From positions 69,911 through 133,910 of the forward strand of contig JBKBYA010000009.1 of assembly GCA_046313635.1 (NCBI GenBank): 64,000 bases of DNA, read 5' to 3'. Numbering within the stretch: position 1 is the stretch's first letter; the number at the start of each line of letters is the position of its first letter. The translations under genes were made by a program, and so were the position numbers. This document shows, piece after piece, positions 60,628 through 64,000 of this stretch. The stretch comes from Pyrinomonadaceae bacterium (GTDB taxonomy: Bacteria > Acidobacteriota > Blastocatellia > Pyrinomonadales > Pyrinomonadaceae). The notes under the pieces were generated by a model, which saw only the letters and a list, made by a program, of their open reading frames with translations, was not told where the DNA came from and searched no databases.

Positions 60628-60660
60628 AAAGGGCCCGGATGCGCCGGGCCTTTCTTTCTG
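60628..60660 (+). terminator. Rho-independent terminator
   Basis: ggcccgg / ccgggcc stem then tttctttc. Confidence 0.75.
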
Positions 60661-60746
60661 TTCCCGCGGCGGCCAAATTTTATATTAAAGTTGGTGTATA
60701 CTGACGTTCGGTTATTATTGCCGTTCAAAATACGGAGGGAGGTTTT

Positions 60747-61199
60747 ATGTCACGAGATGATGAAAGGGACAACGGCGTCGGCACAAAGCTGACGTACCTG
60801 CTGATCGGCGGCGGCATCGGTGCGGTGCTGGCGCTGCTGTTTGCGCCTAAGTCGGGCCAAGAGCTTCGCGAGGACATTGCCGATGCGACCCGCAAGGGAC
60901 TCGAAAAGGGCAAGGAGGCCGCGAATCAGCTTCAGGAGCGGGCCGGCGAATATTACGAGGTCGGCCGCGAGCGCGCGAGCGAGATCTACCAGACCGCACA
61001 AGAGCGGGCCGGCGAATTGGGCGAAAAGGCCAAGGCCGCCGCGGCGCGCACGGCCAATCCGTTCTCGGCGGCCGTCGAGGCCGGAAAAGAGGCCTATCGT
61101 ACAGAGAAGCGTAAGAACGAGGTAAAGTCGATCACCGAAGGCCGGCCGACCTACCCGGCCGAGGGCGATCTCGGCGGCGGTTCGAATAATGAAAGCTAA
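60747..61199 (+). CDS. YtxH domain protein
   Basis: LIGGGIGAVLALLFAPKSGQELR. Confidence 0.92.
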   Translation: MSRDDERDNGVGTKLTYLLIGGGIGAVLALLFAPKSGQELREDIADATRKGLEKGKEAANQLQERAGEYYEVGRERASEIYQTAQERAGELGEKAKAAAARTANPFSAAVEAGKEAYRTEKRKNEVKSITEGRPTYPAEGDLGGGSNNES

Positions 61200-61205
61200 C
61201 GATAT

Positions 61206-61745
61206 ATGAATGCGAGCGATCCGCAATTCTGGATGATGATCTCGTCGATCGTCATCGCCGTCTGCTTCGTAATTATGGCCGCCGCGCTCGTTGCGGTGGC
61301 CGTTATCGTGCGCCGCGTGGTCGCGACCGTCAAGCGCGTCGAGGAACGCGTCGAGCCGCTCATCGCCAAGGTCGATGCGATCAGCCTGCAGGGCAAAGAG
61401 ATGTCGGTGCACTTTACCGAGATCTCGTCAAACCTGTCGGTCGCGACGCGGCATCTCGCCGAGTCGACCGAGCTGATCAAAGAGGAGGTCGCCGAGCTGA
61501 AACAGCTCGTCGGCGAGACGGCCGTCACCGCGCGCGACAAGGTCGCGCTTGTCAGCCAGACGATCGACCGTACGCAGATGCAGGTCGTCACGACGACCGA
61601 CTTCGTTCAGGAAAAGATCGTCGAACCGGCCCGCGAGATCGCCGCGATCATGGCCGGCGTGCGAAAAGGCCTCGAGGTCCTCTTCGCACCGGCTCCAAAA
61701 CAGATCGACAGCGCATATACCGAAGAAGAAATGTTCATCGGCTGA
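61206..61745 (+). CDS. DUF948/YoxC-like membrane-anchored coiled-coil protein
   Basis: N-terminal TM then coiled coil; adjacent to YtxH. Confidence 0.65.
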   Translation: MNASDPQFWMMISSIVIAVCFVIMAAALVAVAVIVRRVVATVKRVEERVEPLIAKVDAISLQGKEMSVHFTEISSNLSVATRHLAESTELIKEEVAELKQLVGETAVTARDKVALVSQTIDRTQMQVVTTTDFVQEKIVEPAREIAAIMAGVRKGLEVLFAPAPKQIDSAYTEEEMFIG

Positions 61746-61770
61746 TATTGGATCGGTGCCGATGTAGAGC

Positions 61771-61801
61771 AGGCCCGGGCGTCGGTCCGGGCCTTTTTTC
61801 T
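61771..61801 (+). terminator. Rho-independent terminator
   Basis: aggcccgg..ccgggcct followed by ttttt. Confidence 0.8.
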
Positions 61802-61942
61802 CTCGACCTGTTGAGTGTCGTTGATCGCGGCGGCTGTATCGGCCCCGCGCTTCGTCGTAGAATCGATCGATCGCAGCCGGACCGGCGCCGGTACGGCAGA
61901 AGTGCCCGCTGCGAACTTCTTCATCCGAGACAGGTCATCATA

Positions 61943-64000
61943 ATGTTCAAAGATCCCACGTTTCTTATCGTGTTCCGTGCGCTCCTGCGGCAGGTCTCTC
62001 ATCCTGTCCGGTCTTCGCAAATGTTGTTATCCGTTTACGCGGCCGCCGCGATCGCCGTGCTGTCGTCGGTCTCGCTCGCGGCTGCGTTCACCGTTACAAA
62101 GGTCGAAGATACGAACGACGGATCGTGCAGCGCCGACTGCAGTCTGCGCGAGGCGATCGCCGCGGCGAATGCGGCCCCGGGCGACGACGTGATCGGATTT
62201 GACCCTGTCGTCTTCGGCGCGAATGCCCGCTCGATCATCATCACCGGCCCGGCGATCGTCGTCGCCAACAACGGTACGATCACGATCAACGGCAGCGGGC
62301 GTTCGCTGCTGAATATCATTCGCAATAACGCGAGCTACATATTTTCGATCAGCGCGGCGCAGGACAATGCCGGCGCGCACCTTTTGCTGAAAGATCTCAC
62401 GTTGGCGAATCTCGACCCGTCGACCGAGGGCGGCACGTTCTGGAACGGGCAGCAGACCACGGTGACCAACGTCACGGTGCGCGACTTTCGCAGCGGCATC
62501 GGCAATGCCGGCGTGCTTCGCCTTAACGAGTGCCTGCTGACCACGATGAACGGCAGCGCGATCACGAGCGACGAGCGCGGTACCGCCTACATCAGCAACT
62601 CAACGATCACCAACATCTCGAGCACGGCGATCTATAACGGCCGCGGTACCGTAAACCTCATAAACTCGACCGTCTCAAACAGCTTCCGCGGTATTTACAA
62701 TTACGAGGGCACCGTCAATATCATCTCTTCGACGATCGCCAATAACGCAACGAGCGGCTTTGCGTCGCCGGGCGGCGCGATCCTTAACTTTTCGTCGAGC
62801 AGCACGACGCCGGCTCGCGTGAACATCGTCAACTCGACGATCAGCGGAAACTCGTCGAGCGGCTCAAACAGCGGCGGCGGCGCGATCATGAACAACACGG
62901 GCCAGCTGACCATCACCGGCTCGTCGATCGTGGACAACCGCGCGATCGGCAACGGCGGCGGAGCGATATACAGCTTCTTCGGCAATGTGCGGATCGAGGA
63001 CTCGACCGTGGCCCGCAACTCCGCCGACGGGAGCGGCGGAGGGATCTACAATCTCGCCGTGACGATGGATCTCAAGCGCGTCAACTTTGACGGCAACCGG
63101 GCCGACGCCGACGGCAACGGCTCCGGCGACGGCGGAGCGATACACAATCGCGACGTCTCGATCGACATACACGACTCGACCTTTAAGTCGAACACGGCCT
63201 ATCTCGGCGGCGGCGTCTACCTCTACGACGGCCTTCGCACGGCTAACATCAGCGGATCGACATTCGAGTCAAACGAGGCCCGCGGCAACGGCGGCGGGAT
63301 CTATAACTCTTACACCGTACTTAACCTCACTAATTCGACCTTTGCCGACAACAACGCGTCGGGATTCTCGAGCGGAGAGGGGTTTGGCGGCGCGATATTT
63401 AACAGCTCGAACAATACCAATCTGACCAACGTGACGATCGTCGGCAACCGGGCCGGGATAGGCGGCGCGGGCATTCGCAACGGCAATCTCTCGACGGGTG
63501 AGGGCGTAGTGCGAATGCGCAATTCGATCATCGCCGACAACCTCTCGCCGGTCGGTTACGACTTTCAGGGCACGCTGACATCGCAGGGCTACAACCTCAT
63601 CAAGAGCACGTTCGGAACGACGGTCACCGGCACTACGACCGGGAATAAGGTCGGCCAAGACCCGGAGCTCGGTGCACTGGCTTATAACGGCGGGCCGACC
63701 AAGACGTTCTCGCTTCAGCCCTCGAGCCCGGCTATCGATGCGGCCGACCCGAGCGTCTTTCCCGCGATCGATCAGCGCGGCTTCATTCGCCCGATCGACG
63801 GCGACGCGAACGGCAGCGCGCCCGCCGATATCGGAGCTTTTGAGCGCGGCTCGTTCGTACGCCGTGTGCCGTTTGATTTTGATGGGGATGCGAAGACTGA
63901 CGTCGCGGTGTTTCGGCCGGGGTCGTCTGCGGCGGAGTGGTGGATCTTGCGGTCTGGCACGTCGAGCGTTTATGCGGCGCAGTTCGGGGCTTCGACGGAC
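61943..64000 (+). CDS. CSLREA-domain surface protein (beta-helix repeats, choice-of-anchor Q, FG-GAP); runs off window
   Basis: Absent from ORF track, presumably because no stop falls in the window; FTVTKVEDTNDGSCSADCSLREAI, GGAI repeats, LGALAYNGGPTKT..SPAIDA..DQRG..DIGAFE, FDFDGDAKTD; alternative ATG at 62021. Confidence 0.9.
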   Translation, partial: MFKDPTFLIVFRALLRQVSHPVRSSQMLLSVYAAAAIAVLSSVSLAAAFTVTKVEDTNDGSCSADCSLREAIAAANAAPGDDVIGFDPVVFGANARSIIITGPAIVVANNGTITINGSGRSLLNIIRNNASYIFSISAAQDNAGAHLLLKDLTLANLDPSTEGGTFWNGQQTTVTNVTVRDFRSGIGNAGVLRLNECLLTTMNGSAITSDERGTAYISNSTITNISSTAIYNGRGTVNLINSTVSNSFRGIYNYEGTVNIISSTIANNATSGFASPGGAILNFSSSSTTPARVNIVNSTISGNSSSGSNSGGGAIMNNTGQLTITGSSIVDNRAIGNGGGAIYSFFGNVRIEDSTVARNSADGSGGGIYNLAVTMDLKRVNFDGNRADADGNGSGDGGAIHNRDVSIDIHDSTFKSNTAYLGGGVYLYDGLRTANISGSTFESNEARGNGGGIYNSYTVLNLTNSTFADNNASGFSSGEGFGGAIFNSSNNTNLTNVTIVGNRAGIGGAGIRNGNLSTGEGVVRMRNSIIADNLSPVGYDFQGTLTSQGYNLIKSTFGTTVTGTTTGNKVGQDPELGALAYNGGPTKTFSLQPSSPAIDAADPSVFPAIDQRGFIRPIDGDANGSAPADIGAFERGSFVRRVPFDFDGDAKTDVAVFRPGSSAAEWWILRSGTSSVYAAQFGASTD

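Overview
GC-rich bacterial chromosome segment. It is probably Acidobacteriota/Blastocatellia-like, an inference from tandem acidobacterial-type VWA proteins and C-terminal FG-GAP modules. Housekeeping genes include rnhB (partial), pdxH, icd, purE, purK, crcB, a phosphomannomutase and lepA. Accessory blocks are: (i) an N-terminally truncated Rhs toxin with a putative immunity lipoprotein and a second orphan Rhs core repeat (~770-3800); (ii) a GAF-TerC-FecR-CDF-LarA operon, whose CDF lacks a canonical start and is in frame with the upstream stop; (iii) a Wzm/Wzt glycan cluster with methyltransferases; (iv) a RelE-type TA pair followed by a phosphatase and a stand-alone LigD phosphoesterase; (v) a DUF4394-DUF4331-TPR secreted-protein operon behind a SigK-like promoter motif, divergent from a frameshifted TonB-dependent receptor; (vi) a CSLREA surface protein running off the end. 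The most striking non-coding signal is a set of intergenic inverted repeats built from 8-10 bp periodic units, including a three-layer nested element at 19919-20205. No rRNA, tRNA, CRISPR array, integrase or transposase was recognised. All product calls come from motif recognition by eye; no database searches were run.
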